DNA of 64,000 nt from Coprobacillus sp. CAG:698. Its GTDB lineage: Bacteria > Bacillota_I > Bacilli_A > ML615J-28 > CAG-698. Numbering within the stretch: the first letter of the stretch is position 1; each line of letters begins with the position of its first letter. The stretch is taken from NCBI GenBank assembly GCA_000431235.1, contig HF988734.1, forward strand, positions 155,848-219,847, read 5' to 3'. Position numbers and translations under genes: made by a program. Of the stretch, positions 9,911-20,203 are shown piece after piece. The notes beneath the pieces are model-generated. The model made no database searches and was not told the origin of the DNA. It was given only the letters and a program-made list of their open reading frames with translations.

Positions 9911-10663
9911 ATGGAAGAATTAGAAAAAAAGAATAACGAAGAAATCAATAACGAAGATTTAAAAGAAGAATCTAAAGAAGTTAAAGAGAATAATGAAGAA
10001 AAAAATGAAGTCGTTGAAGGCGAAGATGAGGCTAAGGAAGCTGTAGAAGGCGAAATTGTAGAAGAAGAAAAGAAAGAAGAAGTCATGGAAACAATAATTG
10101 AGTGTTATACTGATTATAACTATAAAGCTCGAAAGACTTGCCAAATGTACTTCTTAAATGTAAAGAGCCACTTTAAAATCTACAATATCGTAATGGCAAT
10201 AGTTTGTTTAGGCCTAGGTATTTATTCACTAGTTGTTAAGAATTACTTCATAGCAATTGTTGGTGCTTTAGCTTTAATATATTTACTTTATTCATTCTTA
10301 ACACAAGAAAAGAAAGTTGATAAGGCAATAATAAAATTTATGCAAAATAATCCATCTTTTAGAATGAATTACTATATCAATGAAGAAAAGATTAGAATGA
10401 CTCAAGAAATAGATGGTAAGGAACAAAAAGGTGATGTTCCATGGGCATATGTAAATGAAATACATTATACAGATGAATATTATTTCTTATATTTGCAAGG
10501 AGCAACACTAATAATTGATCGTAATGAAGAATGCATTACTAAAGGTTCAAAAGCTGAACTTGACGAATTAATTAAAAAGATTTGCGAATTAAAACCATTA
10601 AAGTATTATAACAAACCATTAAATATCAAACTTAACTATAACGATAAAGAAAGCGATAAATAA
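9911..10663 (+). CDS. Membrane protein with acidic low-complexity N-terminus, YcxB-like (tentative)
   Basis: E/K-rich N-terminal region, two TM helices and a soluble C-terminal domain. The start was trimmed to the ATG after a GAGGAGG RBS. Confidence 0.35.
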   Translation: MEELEKKNNEEINNEDLKEESKEVKENNEEKNEVVEGEDEAKEAVEGEIVEEEKKEEVMETIIECYTDYNYKARKTCQMYFLNVKSHFKIYNIVMAIVCLGLGIYSLVVKNYFIAIVGALALIYLLYSFLTQEKKVDKAIIKFMQNNPSFRMNYYINEEKIRMTQEIDGKEQKGDVPWAYVNEIHYTDEYYFLYLQGATLIIDRNEECITKGSKAELDELIKKICELKPLKYYNKPLNIKLNYNDKESDK

Positions 10664-11199
10664 TGAGAATTAAGATTGTGACAAATTTTTCAAAAGCACG
10701 AATGGAGTCATTTTATAGATTTCACTTTCTTAAAAGAAGCACCTATCGTGTTATTGAATTTATAGCCGTAATCATATCAATGATTTTATCATTGTTAGGT
10801 CTTGTTTTGAATAATACATATTTATTTGCAATATTTTTAGTAATGTGTTTAGTAATAATACTTACTCGTAAATACAGGATAAATCGTATTGCTAAAAATA
10901 TAATAAAAAAGAACCCACCTTTAGGTAGTCCTTATACAATTCTTATACAAGATGAAACTATATCATATACTAAAGATGATACTTACAAACAATATAATAT
11001 CGATAAAACAATTAGTGTATGTGAAATAGATGAGTGCTTTTATGTTTACGTAGAGCAAGAAATAGCTTTAATTATTCCTAAATACTTATTAAAGCTTGAT
11101 GACAAAGATAAACTAAGAAAAATGTTTACAGAGAAATGTCAGTTTAAACAATATAAGTTTATATCAACTTCAGAAGCTGATGGAGACTTGAAAATATGA
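10663..11199 (+). CDS. YcxB-like membrane protein (tentative; paralog of the preceding gene)
   Basis: Same architecture as the upstream gene (TM pair plus soluble domain); its start overlaps the previous stop (TAATG). Confidence 0.35.
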   Translation: MRIKIVTNFSKARMESFYRFHFLKRSTYRVIEFIAVIISMILSLLGLVLNNTYLFAIFLVMCLVIILTRKYRINRIAKNIIKKNPPLGSPYTILIQDETISYTKDDTYKQYNIDKTISVCEIDECFYVYVEQEIALIIPKYLLKLDDKDKLRKMFTEKCQFKQYKFISTSEADGDLKI

Positions 11200-11402
11200 A
11201 ACGAATACTCATTTTGTTAATGTTTATAGCTTGCTTTGTTTTAGCATTCACATGTTTAGACGGAACACTACTCATAATAAGCTTGCTCGTTCTCTTCCCA
11301 TTGTTTTTCTTTTATTGCCCACTAATATTTTCAGGTAGTAAAGAAGAAAAAACAGAAGAGTTAAAAAATGAAGAAAAAGGTAAGTTTTCCAAATGGGATT
11401 AA
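11196..11402 (+). CDS. Small membrane protein
   Basis: 68 aa with two hydrophobic helices, overlapping both neighbouring genes. Confidence 0.25.
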   Translation: MKRILILLMFIACFVLAFTCLDGTLLIISLLVLFPLFFFYCPLIFSGSKEEKTEELKNEEKGKFSKWD

Positions 11403-12109
11403 TCGATAAAATTTATGTTAAAGAAGTAAATAAATATATTGATATTCTTTACGAAGATAATCATATTATTGTATGTACTAAACCTGAAGGTATTTTAAGT
11501 CAAAAAGATATAACTAGTGATATAGATATGCTTACAATGCTAAAACAATACTTGAAGGAAAAGTATAATAAACCAGGAGATGTATATTTAGGATTAGTAC
11601 ATAGACTTGATAGGCGTGTTGAAGGCGTAATGGTATTTGCTAAGACATCAAAAGCTGCCTCAAGACTTTCTGAAAACATACGAGAACATAATTTCTATAA
11701 AGAATATATAGCTATATGTTCTGGATATTTTGAGAATAGCGGAAGACTTGTAAATAATCTAAGTAAAGAAAAAGGTAAAGCTTTAGAAAGCGAAAATGGT
11801 AAGGAAGCAATTCTTGATTATAGTGTAATTAATCATTTTAAACTAAATAAATATGATTTCACTGTGATTAGAATAATCCTTCATACTGGAAAATATAATC
11901 AAATAAGAAAACAAATGCAAATATTTGGACATGCCCTTATAAATGACTTTAAATATGGTTATCGTTGGGATAATTTTGAAGATTCATTAGGTCTTCGCTG
12001 TGTTGCCATTGGATTTACTCACCCAACAACCAAAGAGTATTTAGAATTTCGAATGGAAAAAAGCGAAACATATACAAATGTTTCCTGGAAAAAATATATG
12101 GAGGAATGA
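11393..12109 (+). CDS. RluA-family pseudouridine synthase
   Basis: Catalytic 'LVHRLDRRVEGVMVFAKT' motif with the conserved Asp. Confidence 0.8.
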   Translation: MGLIDKIYVKEVNKYIDILYEDNHIIVCTKPEGILSQKDITSDIDMLTMLKQYLKEKYNKPGDVYLGLVHRLDRRVEGVMVFAKTSKAASRLSENIREHNFYKEYIAICSGYFENSGRLVNNLSKEKGKALESENGKEAILDYSVINHFKLNKYDFTVIRIILHTGKYNQIRKQMQIFGHALINDFKYGYRWDNFEDSLGLRCVAIGFTHPTTKEYLEFRMEKSETYTNVSWKKYMEE

Positions 12110-12110
12110 T

Positions 12111-14066
12111 ATGAGTAGTAAAAAAATATTACTTGTAACAGTTGGAATATTTATCCTTGTTTGCGTAGGGATTTTTATAGTTTCTAACAATCGAACAAAT
12201 TACGCTGAAAGTTATGAAGCTAATGTTTTAGTCGATAAAGCTGGAAATGTAACTATCCAAGAAACAATGGTAATTAATTTCAAAAGCTACTTAAACTATA
12301 TCTTTAGGGATTTAGGATTAAGTAAAAATTTAGATAACAACCCACTTTTAAATGGTGTTAATTATGGAAATAATGCGGGTAAGCTTATTGTAAATGATGT
12401 TAAGGTGTATAAAGGAAATATCAACGAAGGTGATGCAAAACCTATGAATGATGTTATCGTTAGATACTCATTCAATGGTGATAGAGATCGACATGGAAAC
12501 ATTATAGAGTGTCCATGTAGTGAATCTTATTGCCCTACTTCATGTGAATCAATCTATGTTGATGCTAACAATGAATCATTTGATGGCGTATTCACATTCT
12601 ATTATGAATATACAATTGAAGGAATGGTAACAAGCTATTCTGATTGTGCTGAGTTAAATTATGTAATGTTTAATTACTTAGGTTTTAAAACAAAGAATGC
12701 TAGTGTAAAGATAAGTATTCCTAACTCGACTCATAGTGAAGATGAAATATTTGGTTACGTTCATAGCCAAAGTACAGGTAGTTATAAACAAGTTGGTAAT
12801 TACAGCTTTGAAATTCAAGCTAAAAATGTAAAAGAAGATGATAAATTAGAATTTAGAATTGTTTTTCCAAAAGACATAGTTTCTAATATTTTACCTGAAA
12901 ATACTATTGATGCCAATATGCAGACAAAGATAATTGATTATGAAACTGAATTAAGTAGAAAAACAGCCTTTATTAATAGAATGCGTGATATCTTTATTGT
13001 TGTCATAGTCATTCTTATAATGGGTTTAATTAGTATTACTATCTTAGTATATGTTAGATATGATAAAGAGTTCATACCAAAATTCGATAATGAGTATTAT
13101 CGTGAATTACCTTCGAACTATCCTCCGGCAGTCATGAGTTACTTATATTATTTTCAAAAAACAGTTGATGAAGATTTTACAGCAACAGTTTTAAATCTTA
13201 TAAGAAGAAAATATTTAAGTCTTACTTGTTTAGGTGATATGAGTGATAGAAATGCTGATTACGAACTTGAATTAATTGCTACTGACATAAGTGGATTAAT
13301 GGAACATGAAAAGAAACTTCTAAACCTTATTATTAATATAATTGGTGATGGTAAAAAAGTAACTTTTGATCAAATTGAAAAATATGGAGATAGTTATAAG
13401 AATGCTCAAGAGTTCCAGTCACAAACAGGAGCATTCCGTAAAGCAATTGAAAAGGATTCAAAGAACTTTGATTTCTTTATTGACACAAGAAAAGACAAAG
13501 CTAAAGTTTCTAAATATGGTTTCTTAGGAATAATTTTAGGAATAATTATTCTTTTCGCAAATCTTGTTCTTAATTTATCGGTAACAGTATATGTATTCTT
13601 CCTATTAGCGACATCAATAATTTATTTAATATATGTAGCAAGTATAAAGAAACGTAGTGTTAATGGTAACGAAGAATATGCAAAATGGAAAGCTTTTAAA
13701 CACTTCTTGTGTGACTTTGGCTCATTAAAAGACTATTCTGTTGAGGGAATAGATTTATGGGAAGAATATTTAGTTTATGCAACAAGTTTAAAAGTTGCTG
13801 ATAGGGTAATGGAACAACTTAAGGTTAAATTACCTGAACTAGTTTCTACCGATTCAACATTTATCTCAACATCAAATAGTAATTACTTTGTAAACATGTA
13901 TATGTTCAATAGAATTAATAGAGTATATACAAATGCAAGAACAACATCATTTAGTACTATTGCGGCTCACAATGCTCGAAACAGTGGTGGCAGTGGTCAT
14001 GGTGGTGGATTCTCAGGTGGCAGTTCCTTTGGAGGCGGCGGTGGCGGCTTCCGAGGCGGCAGATAA
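12111..14066 (+). CDS. DUF2207-family membrane protein with Gly-rich C-terminus
   Basis: N-terminal TM, large extracytoplasmic domain, internal TM cluster and a 'GGSGHGGGFSGGSSFGGGGGGFRGGR' tail; adjacent to LemA as usual. The start was trimmed to the ATG after a GGAGG RBS. Confidence 0.6.
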   Translation: MSSKKILLVTVGIFILVCVGIFIVSNNRTNYAESYEANVLVDKAGNVTIQETMVINFKSYLNYIFRDLGLSKNLDNNPLLNGVNYGNNAGKLIVNDVKVYKGNINEGDAKPMNDVIVRYSFNGDRDRHGNIIECPCSESYCPTSCESIYVDANNESFDGVFTFYYEYTIEGMVTSYSDCAELNYVMFNYLGFKTKNASVKISIPNSTHSEDEIFGYVHSQSTGSYKQVGNYSFEIQAKNVKEDDKLEFRIVFPKDIVSNILPENTIDANMQTKIIDYETELSRKTAFINRMRDIFIVVIVILIMGLISITILVYVRYDKEFIPKFDNEYYRELPSNYPPAVMSYLYYFQKTVDEDFTATVLNLIRRKYLSLTCLGDMSDRNADYELELIATDISGLMEHEKKLLNLIINIIGDGKKVTFDQIEKYGDSYKNAQEFQSQTGAFRKAIEKDSKNFDFFIDTRKDKAKVSKYGFLGIILGIIILFANLVLNLSVTVYVFFLLATSIIYLIYVASIKKRSVNGNEEYAKWKAFKHFLCDFGSLKDYSVEGIDLWEEYLVYATSLKVADRVMEQLKVKLPELVSTDSTFISTSNSNYFVNMYMFNRINRVYTNARTTSFSTIAAHNARNSGGSGHGGGFSGGSSFGGGGGGFRGGR

Positions 14067-14093
14067 ATTTAAAAACAAAAGGAGGAAAAAAAT

Positions 14094-14678
14094 ATGTTTT
14101 TATTAGGAACAGGAGCTATTATTGGTATTATTATTGCGGTAGTAGTTATATTATTAATCATACTAGTTATTAATGCTTATAACACATTAGTGCAATTAAG
14201 AAACAAAGTTAGAAATCAATTAAGTCAAGTAGATGTACAACTAAAGAAAAGATTCGATCTAATTCCTAACTTAGTAGAAACTGCAAAAGGATATGCAGCA
14301 CATGAAGAAGGAATTTTTGGTGAATTTGCTAAGGCAAGAGGATTATATGCTCAAGCATCTCAAGCTGGCGACGTAGAAAAAATGGCTGAAGCTGACAAAG
14401 GTTTAAGTGGAGCTATTAGTAGACTTCTTATGGTTCAAGAACGTTATCCAGAACTAAAAGCAGACGCTCACTTCACAGAAATTATGTCACAACTTAAAGA
14501 TTGTGAGAAAACAATCTCAACAAGTCGTCAATTCTATAATGATATTGTACAAAAGTACAATAATAAAATTGAAATGTTCCCAAGTAATATAATTGCTGGA
14601 ATGTTCCATTTTGAAGCAGCTAAGTTCTTTACAATTACTAATGAAGCAGAACGTGAAGCTCCAAAAGTTAAATTCTAA
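14094..14678 (+). CDS. lemA: LemA family protein
   Basis: N-terminal TM plus 'YNTLVQLRNKVRNQLSQVDVQLKKRFDLIPNLVETAKGYAAHE' LemA signature. Confidence 0.8.
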   Translation: MFLLGTGAIIGIIIAVVVILLIILVINAYNTLVQLRNKVRNQLSQVDVQLKKRFDLIPNLVETAKGYAAHEEGIFGEFAKARGLYAQASQAGDVEKMAEADKGLSGAISRLLMVQERYPELKADAHFTEIMSQLKDCEKTISTSRQFYNDIVQKYNNKIEMFPSNIIAGMFHFEAAKFFTITNEAEREAPKVKF

Positions 14679-14685
14679 AAAAAAC

Positions 14686-14717
14686 AGTCACAGTGGTTTT
14701 TCTACTGTGACTATTTT
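14686..14717 (+). terminator. Rho-independent terminator (AGTCACAGT…ACTGTGACT)
   Basis: 9-bp perfect stem followed by ATTTT, directly after lemA. Confidence 0.5.
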
Positions 14718-14731
14718 AAATGAGGGAAAAA

Positions 14732-15256
14732 ATGGAAATTAAACAATTAGATAAAAAGATATATGCAGGTAAGAAATTTACTGCAGTTTATAAAACTAAT
14801 GGTTACTATGATATTTGTGCAACAAATAGTGGCTTTTCGATTAATTATGTTCCTTTTGAAAAAGAAGTGGATAAATCATTTGACGATGTTTTCTTTAATG
14901 ATTGGCTTGAAGACGCAATAGCTTTTGGAGCATTTGAAGACGAAAAACTAATAGGATATATTGAAGGATCAATGGAAAATTGGAATAATCGTTTTCGCAT
15001 TAGTAATATTGTTATATTTGATTCTACAAAAAGAAATAAAGGAATTGGAAAAATGCTTCTGAAAATAATAACCGAAAAGGCAATTTCTTTAAATGCACGA
15101 ATGATGATTTTAGAAACACAATCATGTAATGAAAAAGCAATAGCTTTTTATAAAAAGATGGGATTTGATATAATTGGTTTTGACCTATATTCTTATTCTA
15201 ATAGTGATCCCCTAAAGCATGAAATTAGAATTGAAATGGGGAAAAAATTAAAATGA
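14732..15256 (+). CDS. GNAT family N-acetyltransferase
   Basis: 'GIGKMLLKIITEKAISLNARMMILETQSCNEKAIAFYKKMGF' acetyl-CoA binding motif. Confidence 0.7.
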   Translation: MEIKQLDKKIYAGKKFTAVYKTNGYYDICATNSGFSINYVPFEKEVDKSFDDVFFNDWLEDAIAFGAFEDEKLIGYIEGSMENWNNRFRISNIVIFDSTKRNKGIGKMLLKIITEKAISLNARMMILETQSCNEKAIAFYKKMGFDIIGFDLYSYSNSDPLKHEIRIEMGKKLK

Positions 15257-15292
15257 TATTTAATATATTTATTACATAAACTAAAAAAAGAC

Positions 15293-15330
15293 ATGAAAAA
15301 AACCCTCAATAACACGAGGGTTAATTTTTT
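15293..15330. terminator. Bidirectional terminator (AACCCTC…GAGGGTT flanked by A-run and T-run)
   Basis: Lies between the GNAT gene (+) and rpmE (−), which converge here. Confidence 0.55.
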
Positions 15331-15341
15331 ACTTATTTTGC

Positions 15342-15551
15342 TTATTTTGCTTTCTTTTCTAAACGCTTATTGAAACGTTCAACTCTACCAGCAGCTTGAA
15401 CAAATTTTTGTTCTCCTGTATAGAATGGATGGCATTTAGAACATGTATCAACACGTAATTCTTTTAAAGTTGATCCAGATTCAAATGTGTTCCCACAAGT
15501 TGTACAAACAACTGTAACCTTTTGGTATTTTGGATGAATATCTTTTTTCAT
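15342..15551 (-). CDS. rpmE: 50S ribosomal protein L31
   Basis: '[46 protein letters not shown]' is full-length L31 with the Cys4 motif. The ORF track starts upstream; it was trimmed to MKKD. Confidence 0.9.
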   Translation of the reverse strand: MKKDIHPKYQKVTVVCTTCGNTFESGSTLKELRVDTCSKCHPFYTGEQKFVQAAGRVERFNKRLEKKAK

Positions 15552-15803
15552 GTTTATTACTCCTTCCGCCATAGTTTTAGTAACCATAGAAAGTTCCTTA
15601 TATATTATACACTATTTAACATTGAAAGTCAAATGTTTTTTAAAAAAAGAAACAATAAATATATGAAAAGAAAAGTGAAAACTAAATGTAAAAAATAAAA
15701 TATTTTCATTTCGAAAAAGTCTTTATTTTTGTGTCACATTTTAGTATAATATTATAAGAAAAATTTAATCTTGACAAAAAATAGAGAAAGTGGTGACATG
15801 ATT

Positions 15804-16406
15804 ATGGACTTACAATTAAGGGAAGGTTGGATTGAAGTAATTGCTGGAAGTATGTATGCTGGAAAAACAGAAGAATTGTTAAGAAGAATTCGTAGAATCG
15901 AATATGCTAAGAAAAAAGTTATTGTCTTTAAACCAGAAATAGATAATCGTTATAGTAATAATGAAGTTGTTTCACATAACAAGACACATATGAAATCAAT
16001 CAATATCAAATCAAGTAGTGATGTTTTAAATTATGTTAAAGAACCATATCCATATGCTGTTGCTTTTGACGAGATACAATTTATGGATGAAGGAATAATA
16101 GATATCTGTGAGAAACTTGCCGATAAGGGAGTTAGAGTTATTTGTGCTGGACTTGATACCGATTTTAGAGGTGAACCTTTTGGTGTTATGCCATCCTTAC
16201 TTGCACGTGCTGAGTTTGTAACAAAATTAAATGCTATTTGTCAAGTTTGTGGAGGCGTTGCTACAAGAACTCAAAGATTAATAAATGGAAAACCAGCAGA
16301 TTATGATGATCCTATTATCCTTGTAGGAGCAAAAGAACAATATGAGGCTAGATGCCGTCATTGTCATCAAGTTACTCATCTAAAAAAAGAAAAGACAAAT
16401 GAATGA
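15804..16406 (+). CDS. tdk: Thymidine kinase
   Basis: P-loop '[14 protein letters not shown]' and Zn-ribbon 'CQVCG…CRHCH'. The start was chosen at the ATG after GGTGA; the ORF track begins at an upstream TTG. Confidence 0.9.
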   Translation: MDLQLREGWIEVIAGSMYAGKTEELLRRIRRIEYAKKKVIVFKPEIDNRYSNNEVVSHNKTHMKSINIKSSSDVLNYVKEPYPYAVAFDEIQFMDEGIIDICEKLADKGVRVICAGLDTDFRGEPFGVMPSLLARAEFVTKLNAICQVCGGVATRTQRLINGKPADYDDPIILVGAKEQYEARCRHCHQVTHLKKEKTNE

Positions 16407-16857
16407 TTTAGATTATTTAAAAATTTGTTACAACGAAGCTTTAAAAGCAAAAGCTAAAGATGAAGTTCCTGTTGGTTGTGTTATCGTTAAGGATGGGGTA
16501 ATTATTGCAAAGGCTCATAACTTAAGAGAAACAAAAAAAAGTGTATTAGCTCATGCTGAAGTTCTAGCAATCAAAAAAGCATGTCAGAAAACAAAAACAA
16601 AGTTTTTAGATGGTTCAACAATCTATATTACTTTAGAACCATGTCTAATGTGTTTAGGTGCCATTATTCAAGCACGTATTAGTCGAATTGTTTATAGTGC
16701 TGATGAGCCTAAGTTTGGTTGTATAAATAGTGTAGCTCATATTATTGATGATTATAAATTTAATACTAAAATAACTTATGAAAAAGGATTAATGAAAGAA
16801 GAAGTTTCAAGTTTAATGAAAGACTTCTTTCAAAAAAAACGTACTAAAAAGTGTTGA
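16399..16857 (+). CDS. tadA: tRNA-specific adenosine deaminase
   Basis: 'HAEVLAI' and '[11 protein letters not shown]' CDA zinc motifs; 152 aa; overlaps the tdk stop. Confidence 0.9.
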   Translation: MNDLDYLKICYNEALKAKAKDEVPVGCVIVKDGVIIAKAHNLRETKKSVLAHAEVLAIKKACQKTKTKFLDGSTIYITLEPCLMCLGAIIQARISRIVYSADEPKFGCINSVAHIIDDYKFNTKITYEKGLMKEEVSSLMKDFFQKKRTKKC

Positions 16858-16886
16858 TTTTATAATAAAAATAGGTTATAATATAG

Positions 16887-17005
16887 TGGGATCTATGTTT
16901 AGGTCTCTGTATTCAATACTAGGCAGTGAACTAGGTCAGGTCGTGACTGAAGCAGCCTTAAGCTTTCCCTGGCATGTGGATATGGAGACTTAAGCATTAG
17001 ATCCT
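16887..17005 (+). ncRNA. ffs: Signal recognition particle RNA (small, 4.5S-type)
   Basis: A GGTTATAAT −10 box at 16874–16882 precedes it. The 5' end (GGGATCTATGTTTAGGTCTC) pairs with the 3' end (GGAGACTTAAGCATTAGATCC). The apical 'CAGGTCAGGTCGTGACTGAAGCAGCC' matches the conserved SRP domain IV (helix 8) motif, and a T-run follows. The tadA–SRP RNA synteny is as in Bacillus. Confidence 0.7.
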
Positions 17006-17028
17006 TTTTTTGGAAAATGAGGTTAATA

Positions 17029-18009
17029 ATGGAAAATAGTATAAAAGATTTAATAAAAGGTAAAGTTGTTGTTGCTCCTTTAGCTGGTTATACTAATCTT
17101 GCATATCGAAAAATTATGAAAGAACATAAAGCTAGTTTACTATATACAGAAATGGTTAGTGCCAAAGGTTTAATTTTTGATAACGAACAAACATTAGAGT
17201 ACATAAAATTAAGCGGAACAGAACATCCAATTAGTGTTCAGTTATTTGGCGGAAACATAGAAGATATGGTTAAAGCAACTAAAATAGTATGCGAAAAGTC
17301 AAAACCAGATATTATTGATATAAATATGGGATGCCCAATAAAAAAGGTTCTTAAGCAAGGTGCTGGATGTGAATTATTGCAAGACCCTGAAAAAGTTTAT
17401 AATCTTGTAAGAAGCGTCAAAGAAGCATCAACAGTTCCTGTAAGTGTAAAGATTAGAGCTGGTATTGATCACAATCATATTAATTGCGTAGAAATTGCTA
17501 AGGCTTGTGAGAGAGCTGGTGCTAGTTTAATCGCCATACATGGACGAACAAAAAGTGATATGTATACGGGAAAGGCTAATCTTGATTACATTAAAGAAGT
17601 TAAGGAAAATGTTTCAATTCCTGTAATTGGTAATGGTGATATAAAATCAGTTGAAGATGCTATTAAGATGCTTGAATATACAAAATGTGATTATGTGATG
17701 ATTGGAAGAGGATCATTAGGTAATCCATGGCTTATCGAATCAATTGCAAATTATTTCGAGGGAAAAGAAAAAGTTATTCCAACACCTTTAGAAAGGGTTG
17801 CTATGGTAAAATATCATTATGAAGAATTAAAGAAATTAAAAGGAGAACGTATAGCTTTACTAGAAATGCGTTCTATGGCTTCATTCTATTTAAAGACAAT
17901 AGATAATATAAAGAAATATCGAATTAAACTAAATGATATAACAAACGAAAAATCTTTTTATGATTTGTTAGATGAAATAATAGAAACATTAAATAATAAG
18001 GATGAATAG
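17029..18009 (+). CDS. dusB: tRNA-dihydrouridine synthase
   Basis: 'VVAPLAGYTNLAYRKIM' and 'NMGCPIKKV' Dus family motifs; the start was chosen after a GAGGT RBS. Confidence 0.85.
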   Translation: MENSIKDLIKGKVVVAPLAGYTNLAYRKIMKEHKASLLYTEMVSAKGLIFDNEQTLEYIKLSGTEHPISVQLFGGNIEDMVKATKIVCEKSKPDIIDINMGCPIKKVLKQGAGCELLQDPEKVYNLVRSVKEASTVPVSVKIRAGIDHNHINCVEIAKACERAGASLIAIHGRTKSDMYTGKANLDYIKEVKENVSIPVIGNGDIKSVEDAIKMLEYTKCDYVMIGRGSLGNPWLIESIANYFEGKEKVIPTPLERVAMVKYHYEELKKLKGERIALLEMRSMASFYLKTIDNIKKYRIKLNDITNEKSFYDLLDEIIETLNNKDE

Positions 18010-18012
18010 ATT

Positions 18013-20202
18013 ATGAAAACAAAAACAATGAATGTTATTGATAATAAATTATATATGGGTAGTTTCATGTTAGAAGAAGTTGCTAAGAAATATGGCACAC
18101 CGCTTTATGTTTATGATGAAGTACATATTAAAGATAAAATAGATAAATACAAAAAATCATTTATAAGTAATAAACTTAATTGCCAAGTTGTTTATGCTTC
18201 GAAAGCATTTATCTGCCCGCATTTATGTAATATTCTTAAAGAAAGAAATATATTCATTGATGCTATTAGCATTGGTGATTTATATCTATTAAAGAAATCT
18301 AATTATCCAATGTCAATGGTTGTTCTTCATGGCAATAATAAGTCTATTGAAGAATTAACATTTTCAGTAACTGAAAATGTTGGTTATATTGTTGTTGACA
18401 ACTTACAAGAACTAAAGAAATTAGAAAAAATCGCAACTGAAATGCACAAAACTGTAAAAACATTATTCCGTATTAATCCTGGCATTGAAGGACATACTCA
18501 TGCTTTCGTTGAGACATCTCTATTAGATTCAAAGTTTGGTGAATCAATGTTTGATAAACCTTTATTAGATGAAATATTTACCATATATAAAAATAGTAAG
18601 TATTTAGTTCTTGATGGATTTCATAGTCATATAGGCTCATCAATTACAAGTGTAGATGTATATTTAGCTCTTGCAAAAAAACTAATAAGTTTTATGGAAG
18701 AAGTAAAAGACCAATATGGATTTAATTTTAAAACATTAAATCTTGGAGGCGGATTCGGAATCAAATATTTAGATAGTGATCCTGAGGTTGATATTGAAGG
18801 ATTTCTTCCTGTACTTGTAAAAGAAGTTGAAGAAAGGCTTACAAAGTCAAATCTAGAAATCGAAAATGTTTTAATTGAACCGGGAAGAAGTATAGTTGGT
18901 GACGCAGGAATAACACTATACACATGCGGTGGAGTAAAAAAAACATATGCTGGCGTTGAATATTTATTTATCGATGGTGGAATGGCTGATAACCCACGTT
19001 TTGCCTTATATGGTGCTAAATATACATTTGCTAATGCTTCACGATATGTTGATCAAGAAACTATTTATAACATTGCTGGCAAGTGCTGTGAAAGCGGAGA
19101 TATGATTGCCAAACAGGTAAGCTTACCAAAAGCAAAAATCGGAGATACAATTATAACCTATTGTACGGGAGCATATTGCTTTACAATGTCAATGAACTAT
19201 AATGGACTTGCTCGCCCAGGAGTAGTTTTCATTGATAATGATAGAATTAAAGAAGTTGTTAGAAGAGAATCAAAGGAGGATTTAATAAAAAATTATATTA
19301 TGGAAAAAGATATAAAGATATTTGATACACATAGTGATATGTTATATGATTTAGATCGTAAGCAAAAACGAGGAATTGAACATCAATTTGAAAATTTCCA
19401 TGTGAAACAGTTAAAGAATAGCGTTATAACTGGTGGTATATGGACAATGTATTCTCCTGATGAATTTGATTTAATCGAAGGACTAAAGAATGCCTTAAGG
19501 CAAATACATATGGAATATCTTCCTGGATTTAAAGTAATCTTAGGATTAGAAGGATTAAGAAATCTAAAGAAAGTTGAAGATATAGATATAATCTACAATA
19601 TGGGTTTCCGTCATGCGATGGTAACTTGGAACGAAGCTAATGAATATGCTACAGGAGCAAAATCTGACCCTCAAAGAGGTATAACTTTAAAGGGAAAACA
19701 ATTATACAAAAGAATGCAAGAATTAGGAATGATTATTGATTTAGCTCATCTAAATGAAAAGAGTTTTTATGAAGCATTAGAAATTGTTGATAAAAATATA
19801 ATATATTCACATGGATTATGTAAAGCTTTATGTGATCATCCTCGTAACTTAACAGATGACCAAATGAGAGCCTTAAAGAAGGTTGATGGATTATTTGGAT
19901 TAACACTTGCTAATAACTTTGTAAGTAAAGATGAAGAAAAACAAGACTTAGAGCATTTCTTAGATCATGTTATCCATGCAAAAGAAATAATGGGAATTGA
20001 TAACTTGTGTTTTGGATTTGATTTTATGGACTATCAACCAGAATTTCCAAATTCAAATATTAAAGAAGTTCCAGATGCTACAAAAGCATATCGCATAATT
20101 GATGGATTAAGATCACGTGGATTTAGTGAAGAAGAAATAGAAAAGATTTGTTATTCAAACTTTGTAAACAGATATAAAGATAAAATTATGTTAGGTAAAT
20201 AA
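18013..20202 (+). CDS. lysA: Fusion protein: diaminopimelate decarboxylase (N) + M19 membrane-dipeptidase-like domain (C)
   Basis: Residues 1–~420 carry 'GTPLYVYDE', PLP-lysine 'YASKAF', 'GGGFGI', 'EPGRSIVG' and 'CESGD' of LysA. Residues ~430–729 ('FDTHSDMLYDL…') resemble renal-dipeptidase (M19) family proteins. It is a single uninterrupted 729-aa frame. Confidence 0.8.
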   Translation: MKTKTMNVIDNKLYMGSFMLEEVAKKYGTPLYVYDEVHIKDKIDKYKKSFISNKLNCQVVYASKAFICPHLCNILKERNIFIDAISIGDLYLLKKSNYPMSMVVLHGNNKSIEELTFSVTENVGYIVVDNLQELKKLEKIATEMHKTVKTLFRINPGIEGHTHAFVETSLLDSKFGESMFDKPLLDEIFTIYKNSKYLVLDGFHSHIGSSITSVDVYLALAKKLISFMEEVKDQYGFNFKTLNLGGGFGIKYLDSDPEVDIEGFLPVLVKEVEERLTKSNLEIENVLIEPGRSIVGDAGITLYTCGGVKKTYAGVEYLFIDGGMADNPRFALYGAKYTFANASRYVDQETIYNIAGKCCESGDMIAKQVSLPKAKIGDTIITYCTGAYCFTMSMNYNGLARPGVVFIDNDRIKEVVRRESKEDLIKNYIMEKDIKIFDTHSDMLYDLDRKQKRGIEHQFENFHVKQLKNSVITGGIWTMYSPDEFDLIEGLKNALRQIHMEYLPGFKVILGLEGLRNLKKVEDIDIIYNMGFRHAMVTWNEANEYATGAKSDPQRGITLKGKQLYKRMQELGMIIDLAHLNEKSFYEALEIVDKNIIYSHGLCKALCDHPRNLTDDQMRALKKVDGLFGLTLANNFVSKDEEKQDLEHFLDHVIHAKEIMGIDNLCFGFDFMDYQPEFPNSNIKEVPDATKAYRIIDGLRSRGFSEEEIEKICYSNFVNRYKDKIMLGK

Positions 20203-20203
20203 A

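Noticed and set aside
9892-10144. Minus-strand ORFs of 64 and 61 aa overlapping the acidic N-terminus of the gene at 9911
   Set aside because: Serine/phenylalanine homopolymer-like products produced by reading the GAA/AAA-rich repeat on the other strand; spurious.
12078-12110. Upstream in-frame extension of the DUF2207 gene overlapping rluA
   Set aside because: The ATG at 12111 is preceded by a GGAGG RBS and begins the signal/TM segment; the extension has no RBS.
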